Source of the DNA: Moniliella sp. 'wahieum'
Taxonomy: Eukaryota
Reading direction: 5' to 3'
Assembly: GCA_003971905.1 (NCBI GenBank)
Contig: RSEE01000024.1
Coordinates: forward strand, 248,001-312,000
DNA: 64,000 nt
The notes beneath the pieces were generated by a model. The model saw only the letters and a program-made list of their open reading frames with translations, was not told the origin of the DNA and ran no database searches. A program made the translations under genes and the position numbers. This document shows positions 50,404 through 63,356 of this stretch, piece after piece; the stretch's first letter is position 1, and each line of letters begins with the position of its first letter.

Positions 50404-51875
50404 ATGCTCCTTCTTCGTCCTCTGCACGCCGCCACGCGGTCCTTCAGCACCTCTGCCCTGCGCAGCTCCGACAAGGCCAGCCGGTTTGTCCGCCCCGTGG
50501 CCAAGGAGATGCTGCCCAAGGGCTACGCCGTGTCTGCCACCTACGCCGGCATCAAGGCTGCCATCTCGCCCAAGCTTACCGCGCCCTCTGCTGCGGCCAG
50601 CACGCCCAAGCCCGATCTGGCCTTGGTCGTGTCTGCCTACCCTGCCTCGGTCGCAGGCACGTTTACCCAGAACGTGTTCCAAGCTGCGCCGGTGCAGTTT
50701 GATGCGGCGCTGCTGAGCCAGGGGGTGCAAGCGCGTGCGGTGCTGGTCAACTCGGGGTGTGCGAATGCTGTGAGGGCGAGCAAGGGCTTGCAGATGTCAA
50801 GACGTTAACGGAGCAAGTCAGTACGCTTCTCGCGCCGGCCAAAGGGCTGGGCAAAGCACCGTCCACGCCCGAGGCCGCGACGCTGATGATGTCGACCGGT
50901 GTGATTGGGGTCCCCTTGCCGCTAGGCACGATCCAGCGTGCGCTACCGCACTTGGCTTCGGGTATGGTCTTGCGTAACGATCCCGAAGCCTGGGACGAGA
51001 CCAGTCGTGCGTTCATGACGACCGACACGTTCCCCAAGCTGCGTGCGCGTACGTTCCAAGTTGGTGGCCAGACCTGTCGTTTGGTCGGGATCTCCAAGGG
51101 CGCCGGCATGATCCATCCGAGGATGGGCGCACCAACGTCGTTGCATGCCACATTACTTTCGCTTGTAGCGACCGATGCGCCTGTGGCGCCTGAAGCGCTG
51201 CAGACGGCGCTCAACCACGCTGTCAGTCGTTCGTTCAACTCCATCTCGGTCGACGGCGACATGAGCACCAACGATACTGTTCTTGCCTTGGCCAATGGGG
51301 CTGTGGATCGTTCCGCGCCGCTTTTGACAGAAGGTGATGCGGACTTTGCCACGTTCCAACACCACCTTACTTCGCTCTGCCTTGAACTTGCTCATCTTCT
51401 CGTCCGCGACGGCGAGGGCGCTACCAAGTTTGTCCAGGTGAGCGTGACGGGGGCTCCGACTAGGGACCAAGCTCACGCCGTTGCTCTTCCATTTCCACCT
51501 CGGCGCTGGTCAAGACGGCGTTGCATGGTTCGGATGCGAATTGGGGGCGCATCCTCTGTGCGGCAGGGTACGCACCTTTGCCCCCTTTACGCCGAAGGGG
51601 GAACGTGTGCAAGCGGGCCAAGCGCCCTGGCGCATCAACCCGGCCAAGGTCAGTGTCACCTTCTCCCTCCGCCCGGGGTGGAGGCAGCGGCGCCGCTACC
51701 CGTGCTCAAAGATGGGGTACCGCAGGCGGTGGATGAGCAGGCAGCAGCAGAGTTGTTGGCCCATGAAGATATTGTCATCCGGGTCGACCTGCAAGAAGGA
51801 GAGGCCAGTGCGGACTTTTGGACGTGCGACTTGAGCAAGGAGTATGTGGCGATCAATGGCGACTACCGTTCCTGA
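50404..51875 (+). CDS. ARG7: Mitochondrial ornithine acetyltransferase (ArgJ)
   Basis: [77 protein letters not shown] and [18 protein letters not shown]. Confidence 0.96.
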
Positions 51876-52313
51876 AGTGCAGGCCTCCGTCTGAGGGGCC
51901 TGCGGCCTGAGGCCTGATCGATGATCCCAGATCGTTCTAGCTTTCTGGCTTTCTGGTTCCATCAAACTGAACCCATGTCTACTGCCTACCCCCACCACTG
52001 CCGCTACGAGCCAACCCATAAACCCACTGTACACAGAGATCCACCAGTGAATATAAGGATCCGCGAGGCTCAACGCAACGCATCCGAAACAGCCCCGATG
52101 AGCAGAAAGAGAAGTAAAAATGGCAAGGGAGGGGGGGTGGGGGGGGGGGGGAAAGCGCTTAACGCGAACCTAGGCGAGCTCGACCAATATCCAAATCCGA
52201 AGGCAGATCATCCGAAAGGTCCGACTTGAAAAGGCCAAGCGGCATAAGCGGGGATTGAAGTGCAGCCCTCTGTCCTTCCCTTCCCCCTCCTGGCCGAAGA
52301 TCCGTGATGGGCG

Positions 52314-53949
52314 TCATGCCCACCGTTTGTCTCGGGCGGCACGAGCGCGTGCAGAGACGATTCGGTCCCAGTTCACTGCACTTTCCCGAGGCGCATCTGC
52401 CGTCGCGCCTCGCCACATCCAATCGGGCAACTGACGCGCCGCCTGCGTCGCAATCCAGTTCCCCCCTTCTCGGATGCTGGGCGTAGCGGAAGGACCGCTG
52501 GTTCCAGAGGTCCGCAGTGAGTAAGGGTAGGATTCGGGCGCCGAAGTACGCGCCCGACCGACCCGTTCTGCCCACCCAGACGGGGGAGACTCGGCCACAG
52601 TGTCCCCTAAGCCCTGGCCCACCGAACGATTTCGTTCCCGCTCCGAGATGGATGGGGTGCGTGTGTGCCGAGCGAGAGAGGCGGTAGATGCCCGTGCAGA
52701 ATGGACAGAGGGTGTGGCCACCCGGTTCGATCGCGACCCATCCCGGTCGGAATAGAGGGAAAGGGTGCGCCCTCGTGCCGAGTGGAGAGGCATGGAAGGT
52801 GAGCGGGCCCGTACGCGGCGGGCAGAGGTAGAATGATAGCTTCTCAAACTGCTAAAGGAGGAAGATTTGTTGTGCCCACGCGAACGGGCCGATATGGGAT
52901 GCGGGTGCGGATGGGGGTGCCGCCCCAGGTCCAGGTCCAGGTCCAGGTCCAGGTCCAAGTCCAGGTCCCTCGTCCCGTCCTCCTCCCATGCTTCCGACAG
53001 GACCTGGGACCCATGCTCCCATCCGATCCCAAAAGAGGCACGTTGCAGGCGTGCCGAGGGGGTCCAGGAATAGCTCATTTTGGAGCAGGTGGAAGGCCGA
53101 GCGGTGGAACTAGAATCGTTGCTTTGTTCGCTCCTGGGCCGGGGGGATCTAGACCGGCGTCGCCGGGAACTGGACGAAAAACGGAACAGGGGGCCGTTGA
53201 TTCGCTCGTGATCCCTTGCCTGCCTCTCGCGGTCCAACAAGGACCCACGAATGGCGCGGTCAATCGAAGATGTGTCGGTTGCAGATGTGGCGACAGTCGG
53301 TGGGGGGAGCAGGTCTCTGCTTCGGCCCACCTCAGCGGTTGGGGGAAGCCAGGCCAGGCCTGGCACAGGCGTATCTTCCCGCACTCGGGTGCGTGAACGC
53401 GGTAGGAGTGCAGGCTGGGGCCGTGGGGTCAAACTTTGGGAATCGCGCTGACGCGAGTGGGCGCGGTCGCGCTCGACGGCTTGCACCACATCGTGGATGA
53501 GGCGGAGGGCGTTTAGCCGTCCGGGCGGGGTGGGCGACCTAGTTGGTCCCACCGTCTCGGCCAAGGCAGATGGGGACGGTATCTGGCTGGGGCGCAGGCG
53601 CAGGCGCAGGCGTGGGGATGGACGTCGGGGTGGCTAGGCCGCTCGAGGGCCGGCGCCAGGGCTGCGCGCCGGGCGGGAGGGTGCGGTGGAGGGTGCGCGG
53701 GTTGAAGGTCTGCTGGCGTCCCTGGTCGGGGCCGCAGAGCCAGCACACGCGGTAGACGCCTTCGTCGGCCAGCTCGCCGAGCGTGGAGGCGCGGGCGTTC
53801 TTGGTGGCGTAGACGGAGCAGTACGCGTCGCCGCGCTCCAGCGCCGCGCGCGCGGGCGCGAGGAGGAGGTGCTCCATCTGCCGCACCGCCGCGCGCTCGG
53901 CGGGCATCGGCGCGTACACGCCCGACGCGTCCGACGCGTCGTCGGCCAT
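52314..53949 (-). CDS. Hypothetical Arg/Ser-rich protein
   Basis: Coding-like N-terminus MADDASDASGVYAPMPAERAAVRQMEHLL continuing by frameshift into a 416-aa ORF with a (DL)n tract; family not recognised. Confidence 0.5.
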
Positions 53950-54009
53950 GGCGTGTGGGGGGGTTATCGACAACCCAAAGCTGGCCGTCTGGCGGCAGTG
54001 CACCCTGGC

Positions 54010-54043
54010 ACGCGTGTGCCGCCGCCTGCGCGCTGTGACGTCA
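54010..54043. promoter_or_regulatory. MCB-like ACGCGT and CRE TGACGTCA in a short divergent promoter
   Basis: Exact motifs at 54010 and 54036 between ATGs at 53949 (-) and 54288 (+). Confidence 0.3.
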
Positions 54044-54287
54044 TGATGCTCGGCCATGCAGCGCACACACACGCACCCGCCGCACCACGCCAGTGCCCAT
54101 GCGGCGCACCCCGCCCGCCCGCACGGCGGCAGCGTCGCGCCGCCGCCTGGGCCACCGCGCCTTCCGCCCAGCCGCGGAACGGCGCTCCCAGCCTCGCTCG
54201 GCTGCCCACCCGCGCCCCGCCACGACAAGGAGAAAGCCAGCCCACCTACCTACACCCCAGCGCATCTACGCGCCCCCCACCTACACC

Positions 54288-55995
54288 ATGGCCGCCGTCG
54301 AGGACGACGCGCCGCCGCTCTCCCAGACGGCGCAGAGGATGCTCGACGCGCTCCAGAGCGACTCGTCGCCGTCCCCTCGCCCCCCGCCTCCCCCGCTCTC
54401 CTACCCCACTCCGCCCTGCGCTCCGACCCGACACAGCGGCAGCAGCCACCGCGACCCCCTCTGCGACCACGACAGCGACGACCCTTCCTCGCCCCGCCTC
54501 GCTATCCCATGCATCCCAGCCCCTCCCCATCACCGGCGCACGCCGACGAGCCCGCGGACCCTTCGCCCGTGTCTGAGCCGGCGACACCGGCCGCCAAACG
54601 CCGCAAACTGCCTCCGCCCAACCCCCGACGAGCCAAAGGCAAGACGCGCCCCCCACTCACCCAGTCCCGCCCCCCTCATGCCAGCCTCTCGCCTGTCTCC
54701 TCTCACCCGACCAAGATACCAGCGGCGCAGCGCCCGATCCCAAGCCCTGCGCCAAGCTCAAGTTGGTTCCCAAATATGCCTTTGACGAAGCCCGCCTGGA
54801 GGAGGTCATGGCCGACTATGGCGGAGTCAAGGGACTGGAGGAGTTGGCGCTCAAAAGCCAATCCGAACGTAAGACCTTGGTGTGCGTCCTTCTCCCTCTT
54901 TCTGCTTGACTCTCTTCCGGTTCCCGTTTCCCGTTTCATTTTTCCCTTTATCCCTGCCCCCGTTTTTTCCCTTTCTTTCCATCCCTGCTCTAGTGCCTCG
55001 TGCTCACCTGCTTCGGCTACAGGAAGCATGCGCGTCAACAGCGCCGCTTGCCCCAAGACGCAAGCAAGTTGAAAGTCTGTCCGTTTTGCCAGGAGCCCCT
55101 GCCACGAAAACCGACCGCTGTGCTGATCGCGCTGCTCACGCCTTTGCTTGCTGCTTGTGCCAATGGCACAGTAGGGGACCAAGCGCGTGTGGAATGCTGT
55201 GTCCGGCACCGCGTCGAGCGAGACAACATTGGTGCCCGCTGCGCGGCGACGTGGGTGGCCAAGTGCGGTGGACCCGGCAGCGCTGGTGAGGCGGTTGACT
55301 TCTCCAGCCATCTGGGCCGAGATCCTGCGCTCGGCGCTGCACCCAGAGCAGCACAGCTTTCTCTTCCCCATTGTGCGTGCTCGTCTGGCAAATAAAGAAG
55401 AGGACGTGCTGGGGCGTTGAATCGGATGACGACCGAGCAGGCTGGGTACATGGGGGAGGTGGGGTGGAATGCGATCTATCAACTGTTGATGCGTCACCTG
55501 CACAACCTCGCTGATCCCCGCAAAAATATTTCTCTCCTCACTGGGATGGTCCTTCGGCGCGGACCTTGCGCTGCGCATCGCGCCCCTGAGCCCGGGAGAA
55601 CTGATCACGTCGGTTCTGGTTCCCGAGGCGGTGGACCGGTTGATCCAACTGGACCTGTTGGAAGGCGAGTGAAGCGGCGGCGTACCCCTCCACCCGCCGC
55701 CCGCTCTGTCCGACGAGGCACGAGGAACCGTGCCTTGGCCCGTACGCCTGAGCCTGAACCCGAGGAGAAGAGCCCACGCCAGGCCCTGAGGCCGAGACTA
55801 CACTGTCTCCAGTACCTCTCTCCCTCCGCTGACGGACGCAGCTGGGGAACCGCTGTCTGCGGAAGCGGTGAAAGAGGCTTGGTCTGCACTCTACCAAGCC
55901 GAGCAGCAGGGCAAATCACCCTCCTCCAAGCGGATATGATTCGGCTCCAGTCATCAGTTTATGGAGCATCCATGTTCCCCATGCCCAACTCGTGA
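54288..55995 (+). CDS. RTC4-like domain protein
   Basis: CPFCQEPLP, C.RHRVE, AGYMGEVGWNAI and terminal SSVYGASMFP fit the fungal RTC4-like pattern; intron at about 54869-55022. Confidence 0.65.
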
Positions 55996-56365
55996 CTTGC
56001 ATGCGCACGCTTGCTTGCTTGTCCATTGATTGCAATGAAAACAGAATAAACCTAAACTCACCTATGCTTCCTGATAATGTTTCTCTCCGAACTGGTACGG
56101 GAGACAGAGACATGAGATACGTCCAGGTCCTCCGTCGGCTGCGTTTTCCGGTCAGGAGGAGTAGAAGCTCCGGGAGAGGGTGGGCACCGCAGGTATTTGG
56201 GTGTGCCACGCCAATCGACGAGAATGCTGCGCAGTACGTAATCCCAGCCACCTGGCTGTCCAGCAGAATCGGGGTCCCAAGGCCAGTAATTAATAACTCA
56301 TCTCCTCTCTCCTCTCTTCCTCCTTCTCTTCCTCCTCCTCCTCCTCCACTCCCTCCCTGACCAGC

Positions 56366-57537
56366 ATGCTCGCGCCGCGCTCCGCCATCCGCAGTCTCGC
56401 CTGCAGGCCCCTCGCTATCCGCTGCCTCTCCACGACCGCTGTGCCTCCCCCCACGATCCAAACCGTCGCACTGGACTACGAGCACTTCCCCGTCCCTCCC
56501 CTTGCCCGCGCGGTCCATCACCCCCATCCCCACCACCCCCCGCACCCCGAGAGCAGCGGACCGCAAGCCGCGCGCGCGCCCATGTCCAGGCCGTCGTCAT
56601 TGCCCATGGTCTGTTTGGGTCGAAGCAGAACTGGCGCAGCATCGCCCGCAGGATGGCCCAACGGTGGCGCGTCGACATCTACACCCTCGACTGCGCAACC
56701 ACGGTGACAGTCCCCATTGGCAGGGATGAGCTATGCAGCGATGGCGGCGGATGTGATCCGTTTCTCCGCACCCCAAGTGCTGCGCGATGTGCTGGGTGGG
56801 ACACTCGATGGGCGGCAAGACGATGTTGGCAACCGCGTTGGATCCGACTGTGCGCCCGCTGCGCTAGCTGGTGTGGTGAGCTTGATATGTCTCCTGCACG
56901 AGGTGCTCTCAGCACCGAATTTGACGTACGTCCCTGATCCAACCGCACCATACTCCCTTTCCTCCCCGTGCTTTCCCCCGCTGACTTGTCAATGCAGGCC
57001 TACTGAACGCCATGATCGAGATTGAGGCGGCGAAGGTCAAGACGCGCAAGAAGCCGATCAGATGTTGGCCCGGATCGAGTCGTCGTTGAGCGTGCGTCAG
57101 TTCCTGCTGACCAACCTGGAGAGGAAGGAGGGCGACGTTTTGGTCGTTCCGCATCCCGTTGGGGATTCTCAAGGATAGCATTGGGCAACTGGGAGATTTC
57201 CCCTACGCGCCAGGGGAGAGGACGTACGATGGCCGGGCTCTGTTCATCAAAGGGGCGAAGAGCAAGTATTTCATCCGATCTCTCTATCACGCCAGGGCGA
57301 GATTCGAGTTGGAGAGCTGACACGAAAGGAACGACAGGTACATCAACCATAAGAAAAATCCCTGTGGCCAATGCGCTGTTTCCCACCCACACCCATGTTA
57401 CTCTGGATACGGGGCATTGGGTCCAGGCTGAAAGACCGCATGCAGTAATTGACGCGATTGAACAATTTATGGCCGCCGGTTCCAGAGCCCCAATGGCATC
57501 CCAATGCAGCGCTGGCCTCACAAGTACGCTACCTTAA
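56366..57537 (+). CDS. Mitochondrial alpha/beta hydrolase (ABHD11/Imo32/Eat1-like)
   Basis: Presequence MLAPRSAIRSLACR; HGLFGSKQNWRS, LRNHGDSPH, GHSMGGK, LDMSP, RQFLLTNL, LFIKGAKS and TGHWVQAERP across frames. Confidence 0.9.
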
Positions 57538-58153
57538 ACGTTGCAAGGACCCATTGGCATTGCATCGTGGTGGCGCCCACCCCCGTTTCCCGATACTTGA
57601 CACCAAGCTCAACCAGAGCGCAGAACTCGCATTATTAATCAATCAATGTATTCCACCATCCACCAGTATGCCGCACCACACACCACAACACCACCACGCT
57701 TGTGCAAGCAAGCAAGATACTCGCTCGATCAGCACCCCTTTTAATCATGCACCAAGGGACTACATTGCGATCGATGTATCCATATGCACTTTGTACGTCG
57801 AGAATGCAAGATCAATACGACTGAAGAGGCGGTTGGAACTAAGGCAAATCAGGACCTATGTGGCAGAGAACGAAACAGATGAAGGGAGAAAAAGAAACAT
57901 CAATCAGATGCACGAGGGCATCATCTAAGGAGAAAGAAAGGAAGAAAGGAAGAAGAGGGAAAGGCTAGAGACGTGGGGGAACCAGTGGCCATGACAAAAG
58001 AGGAGGTGAGGGGGGGGGGGCAATAATTGGGAGGAAACGAAAGTGGATGAGAGAGGATGGGAGAAAGGAGAGTGAGCTTCTCACCGGAGCAAAAATGAAG
58101 GTGGGGCGAAGCAAGTGGACAAAGGAGAGGAGAGGTGAAAAGGGAAGATGCGC

Positions 58154-61100
58154 TTAGCAGTCGTCCGAGCCTTCGCCTTCGCCGCTCCCGCCCCAGCTAC
58201 CGTCGCCATGGCCGTTCCAACCCCAGCTGCCATCGCCGTGGCTGCTGCCGCCCCAGCTGCCATGACCGTGGCTACTGCCGCCCCAGCTGCCGTCGCCATG
58301 GCCACCCCAGCCCCAGCTGCCGTCACCATGGCCACTTCCACCCCAGCTGCCATGACCGTGGCTGCTGCCGCCCCAGCTGCCGGCGGCGTGGCCGTTCCAA
58401 CCCGAGCTGCCATCGCCATGACCGTTCCAGCCCCAGCTGCCGTCGCCATGCCCGTTCCAGCCCCAGCTGCCATCGCCATGACCGTTCCAGCTAGAACTGC
58501 CACCGCTGTGACCGTTCCAGCCCCAGCTGCCGTCGCCGTGGCCACCCCAGCCCCAGCTGCCATCACCATGACCGTTCCAGCTACCAGCACTGTGGCTGTG
58601 GCCGTTCCAGCCCCAGCTACCGTCGCCATGACCGTTCCAGCCCCAGCTGCCGTCGCCATGCCCGTTCCAGCCCCAGCTGCCGTCGCCGTGACCATTCCAG
58701 CTAGAACTGCCACCGCCATGGCCGTTCCAGCTGCCGGCACCGTGACCGCCACCTGAAGCGCTGGCGCCACCAGACTTGGAAACGCCGCCGCTGGCACCGC
58801 CGTGGCCCGAGGCGCTAGCGCCACCCGACTTGGAAACGCTCCACGACTTGGAAGCACCGCCATTGCCACTGCCGTTGTCGCTGCCGCTGCCGTGGCCGTG
58901 ACCGGTCGCACCACCAGACTTGGAGGCGCTCCACGACTTGGAGGCACCACCATGGCCACTCTCATTGCCGCTGCCGCTGCCGTTGCCACTGCCGCTGCCG
59001 CTGCCGCTGCCATGACCATGACCGCTGGCTCCGCCGGATTGAGAAGCACTCCAGGACTTCGAGGCGCCCCCATGGCCGCTCTCATTGCCACTGCCGCTGC
59101 CGTGGCCGTCACCGCTAGCTCCGCCAGACTGGGAAGCACTCCAGGACTTGGAAGCACCACTATGGCCGCTCTCATTGCCGCTGCCACTGCCACTTCCGTG
59201 ACCGTGGCCGCTAGCGCCGCCAGACTGAGAAGCGCTCCACGACTTGGACGGGCTGCCGCTGCCACTGCTGTGACCGTGACCGCTGGCGCCACCAGATTGG
59301 GAGGCGCTGGCCGACTTGGAGGCACCGCCGTGGCTGCTCTGGTTGCCGCTGCCACTGCCGCTGCCACTGCCACTGCCACTACCGCTGCCGTGACCGTGAC
59401 CGCTAGCACCGCCAGACTGAGACGCGCTCCACGACTTGGACGGGCTGCCGCTGCCGTTTCCACTGCCGTTGCCGCTGCCGCTGCCACTTCCACTGCTGTG
59501 ACCGTGACCGCTGGCTCCACCAGACTGGGAAGCACTCGCCGACTTGGAGGCACCGCCGTGGCTGCTCTCGTTGCCACTGCCACTACCGCTGCCGTGACCG
59601 TGGCCGCTAGCGCCGCCAGACTGAGAAGCGCTCCACGACTTGGACGGGCTGCCGCTGCCACTGCTGTGACCGTGACCGCTGGCGCCACCAGATTGGGAGG
59701 CGCTGGCCGACTTGGAGGCACCGCCGTGGCTGCTCTGGTTGCCGCTGCCACTGCCGCTGCCACTGCCACTGCCACTACCGCTGCCGTGACCGTGACCGCT
59801 AGCACCGCCAGACTGAGACGCGCTCCACGACTTGGACGGGCTGCCGCTGCCGTTTCCACTGCCGTTGCCGCTGCCGCTGCCACTTCCACTGCTGTGACCG
59901 TGACCGCTGGCTCCACCAGACTGGGAAGCACTCGCCGACTTGGAGGCACCGCCGTGGCTGCTCTCGTTGCCACTGCCACTACCGCTGCCGTGACCGTGAC
60001 CGCTAGCACCGCCAGACTGAGACGCGCTCCACGACTTGGACGGGCTGCCGCTGCCACTGCTGTGACCGTGACCGCTGGCGCCACCAGATTGGGAGGCGCT
60101 GGCCGACTTGGAGGCACCGCCGTGGCTGCTCTGGTTGCCGCTGCCACTGCCGCTGCCACTGCCACTGCCACTACCGCTGCCGTGACCGTGACCGCTAGCA
60201 CCGCCAGACTGAGACGCGCTCCACGACTTGGACGGGCTGCCGCTGCCGTTTCCACTGCCGTTGCCGCTGCCGCTGCCACTTCCACTGCTGTGACCGTGAC
60301 CGCTGGCTCCACCAGACTGGGAAGCACTCGCCGACTTGGAGGCACCGCCGTGGCTGCTCTCGTTGCCACTGCCACTACCGCTGCCGTGACCGTGACCGCT
60401 AGCACCGCCAGACTGAGACGCGCTCCACGACTTGGACGGGCTGCCGCTGCCGTTTCCACTGCCGTTGCCGCTGCCGCTGCCACTTCCACTGCTGTGACCG
60501 TGACCGCTGGCTCCACCAGACTGGGAAGCACTCGCCGACTTGGAGGCACCGCCGTGGCTGCTCTCGTTGCCACTGCCACTGCCACTTCCGTGACCGTGGC
60601 CGCTAGCGCCGCCAGACTGAGAAGCGCTCCACGACTTGGACGGGCTGCCGCTGCCACTGCTGTGACCGTGACCGCTGGCTCCACCAGACTGGGATGCACT
60701 CGCCGACTTGGAGGCACCACCGTGGCTGCTCGAATGGCCGGTGGCACTGCCTCCGTTTGATTTGGACACGGCACCGGTGTTGGAAGCGCCGCCATGGCCG
60801 CTCCAGCTTCCCTCGCTGTGGCCGTGACCGGACCAGCCCCAGCTGCCGTCGCTGTGGCCGCTCCAGCTGGAGCTGCCATCACCGTGCCCACTGCCGCCCC
60901 AGCTGCCATGGCCGTGGCTGCTGCCGCCCCAGCTGCCGTCGCCGTGACCACTCCAGCTGGAGCTGTCGCCGTGACCGTTCCAACTGCCGGAGCTGCCATT
61001 GCCATGTCCATTCCAGCTGCCGGCACTGTGACTGTGCCCAGACCAGCCCCAGCTGCCGTCGCTATGGCCGCTCCAACTCGAGCTGCCATCACCGTGACCA

Positions 61101-63356
61101 CTGCCGCCCCAGCTTCCATGGCCGTGGCTGCTGCCACCCCAGCTGCCGGCACCGTGGCCGCTCCAGCTCGAGCTGCCATCACCGTGGCCACTCCAGCTGC
61201 CGCTGCCATGACCGCCACCGGAAGCGCTAGCGCCGCCAGACTTGGTCACACCGCCGCTGGCACCGCCCGAGCCACCGCTTCCACCGGAGTGAGAACCACC
61301 GCTGGAACCGCCACCGGCCGACTTCGAAGGGGCACCGCCAGAACCGCCCGAAGGGCTAGAGGCAGCAGACTTGGAGTAGCTCCTGGTGGCGCCACCCGAA
61401 GATCCGGCCCCACCCGACTTCGAGTGCCCGCCATTGCCACCCGACGGGCTAGCACCGCCTGACGATCCGGCACCGCTGGAGTGAGAGTAGCCGCTACCGG
61501 AACCGTTAGACTTGCTGGCGCCGCCCGAGGATCCGGCACCGCTGGAGTGAGAATAGTTGCCGCCAGACTGGCTAGCGCCACCCGAAGATCCGGCCCCACC
61601 CGACTTCGAGTGCCCGCCATTGCCACCCGACGGGCTAGCACCGCCCGAGGATCCGGCACCGCTGGAATGCGAGTAGCCGCTCCCAGACCCGTTCGACTTG
61701 CTGGCGCCGCCGAGGATCCGGCACCGCTGGAGTGAGAGTAGTTGCCGCCAGACTGGCTAGCGCCACCCGAAGATCCGGCCCCACCCGACTTCGAGTGCCC
61801 GCCATTGCCACCCGACGGGCTAGCACCGCCCGAGGATCCGGCACCGCTGGAATGCGAGTAGCCGCTACCGGAACCGTTCGACTTGCTGGCGCCACCCGAG
61901 GAACCGGCACCGCTGGAGTGAGAATAGTTGCCGCCAGACTGGCTAGCGCCACCCGAAGATCCGGCCCCACCCGACTTCGAGTGCCCGCCATTGCCACCCG
62001 ACGGGCTAGCACCGCCCGAGGATCCGGCACCGCTGGAATGCGAGTAGCCGCTACCGGAACCGTTCGACTTGCTGGCGCCACCCGAGGAACCGGCACCGCT
62101 GGAGTGAGAATAGTTGCCGCCAGACTGGCTAGCGCCACCCGAAGATCCGGCCCCACCCGACTTCGAGTGCCCGCCATTGCCACCCGACGGGCTAGCACCG
62201 CCCGAGGATCCGGCACCGCTGGAATGCGAGTAGCCGCTCCCAGACCCGTTCGACTTGCTGGCGCCGCCCGAGGATCCGGCACCGCTGGAGTGAGAATAGT
62301 TGCCGCCAGACTGGCTAGCGCCACCCGAAGATCCGGCACCGCTGGAGTGAGAATAGTTGCCGCCAGACTGGCTAGCGCCACCCGAAGATCCGGCCCCACC
62401 CGACTTCGAGTGCCCGCCATTGCCACCCGACGGGCTAGCACCCCCGAGGATCCGGCACCGCTGGAATGCGAGTAGCCGCTCCCAGACCCGCTCGACTTGC
62501 TGGCGCCACCCGAGGAACCGGCACCGCTGGAATGAGAGTGGCCGCTACCGGAACCGTTTGACTTGCTGGCACCGCCCGTGGATCCGGCGCCGCTAGAGTG
62601 CGAGTGGCCGCTGTTGCCGCCAGACTGGCTAGGACCGCCGGAGGATCCGGCACCGCTAGAGTGCGAGTAACCGCTGCCCGACCCGTTGGATTTGCTGGCA
62701 GCGCCCGAAGAACCGGCGCCACTGGAGTGGGACCCGGTGGCGCTTCCACTCACACTCCCCGTGGCCCCACCATTGCCGCTGTGACTGCTGTTGTCACTCC
62801 ATGATTTGTTTGATGCGCCACTTGCGCTCCATCCCCAGCTCCCGGACCCACCCCTGCTGTTAGACGCGCTCCCGCCCCCGGATTTAGACCACGATCCTCC
62901 GGAGCCATTGTTTCCGGATTTACTGGCACCCCCGGACTTGGAAACGCCACCGGAAGCCCCTCCCGAGCCACTTCCATTGCCCGAAGCGCTTGCACCTTGC
63001 GATTTGGAAGCGATGCCAGTTGCAGCACTGCGACTTGCACGGGATCGGCTCTTCTTGGCGGCGCAGCCGCCTTCGGCCGAACCCTGGAAGTGCCCGCCGG
63101 CGCTGTAGCCACCATTGGCACCGCCGCTAGCACCCCAGTTCCAACCACCGTTACCGCCGTTTCCGTTACCGTTCCAGTGCCCTCCTTCGCTGAAACCGGC
63201 ACTGTAGTGGTCGCTGTAGCCCCATTGGCCGCTGACTTCGTCGCGCTTGGCTTGGTTGCGGCGATCAGGCGCAGGCGACGGTAGTGTGTATGCTTCAACC
63301 GCGACGGCGCCGACGAGCGCCGTTGCCAGAAGAGCGAATGAAGGTTGGAGTTGCAT
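58154..63356 (-). CDS. Giant secreted Gly/Ser/His/Trp-rich modular repeat protein (about 1,730 aa after correcting two 1-bp deletions)
   Basis: Signal peptide MQLQPSFALLATALVGAVAVEA and dibasic KR. Deletions near 62443 and 61711 are evident against neighbouring repeat copies; restoring them joins the ATG at 63356 to the 1031-aa ORF ending GSDDC*. Confidence 0.88.
58190..62720 (-). repeat. Coding minisatellite arrays: ~30-bp units (58190-58750, 60790-61230), 396-bp higher-order repeat (about 59220-60400), 186-bp units (about 61390-62460)
   Basis: Periods read from recurring anchors at 59221/59617/60013 and 61762/61948/62134. Confidence 0.93.

Noticed and set aside
58081..61218. 1045-aa and 652-aa Ala/Thr/Val-rich ORFs (antifreeze- or mucin-like) overlapping the repeat gene
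   Set aside because: Alternative-frame and antisense shadows of a stop-free GC-rich repeat; only the Gly/Ser frame connects to a signal peptide.
473..63356. Frameshifts in most genes as mass pseudogenisation or programmed frameshifting
   Set aside because: They hit conserved housekeeping genes (UBP6, ARG7, PLD) without evident accumulation of in-frame stops, often in G/C runs, and appear as single-base losses against repeat consensus; best explained as long-read consensus errors.
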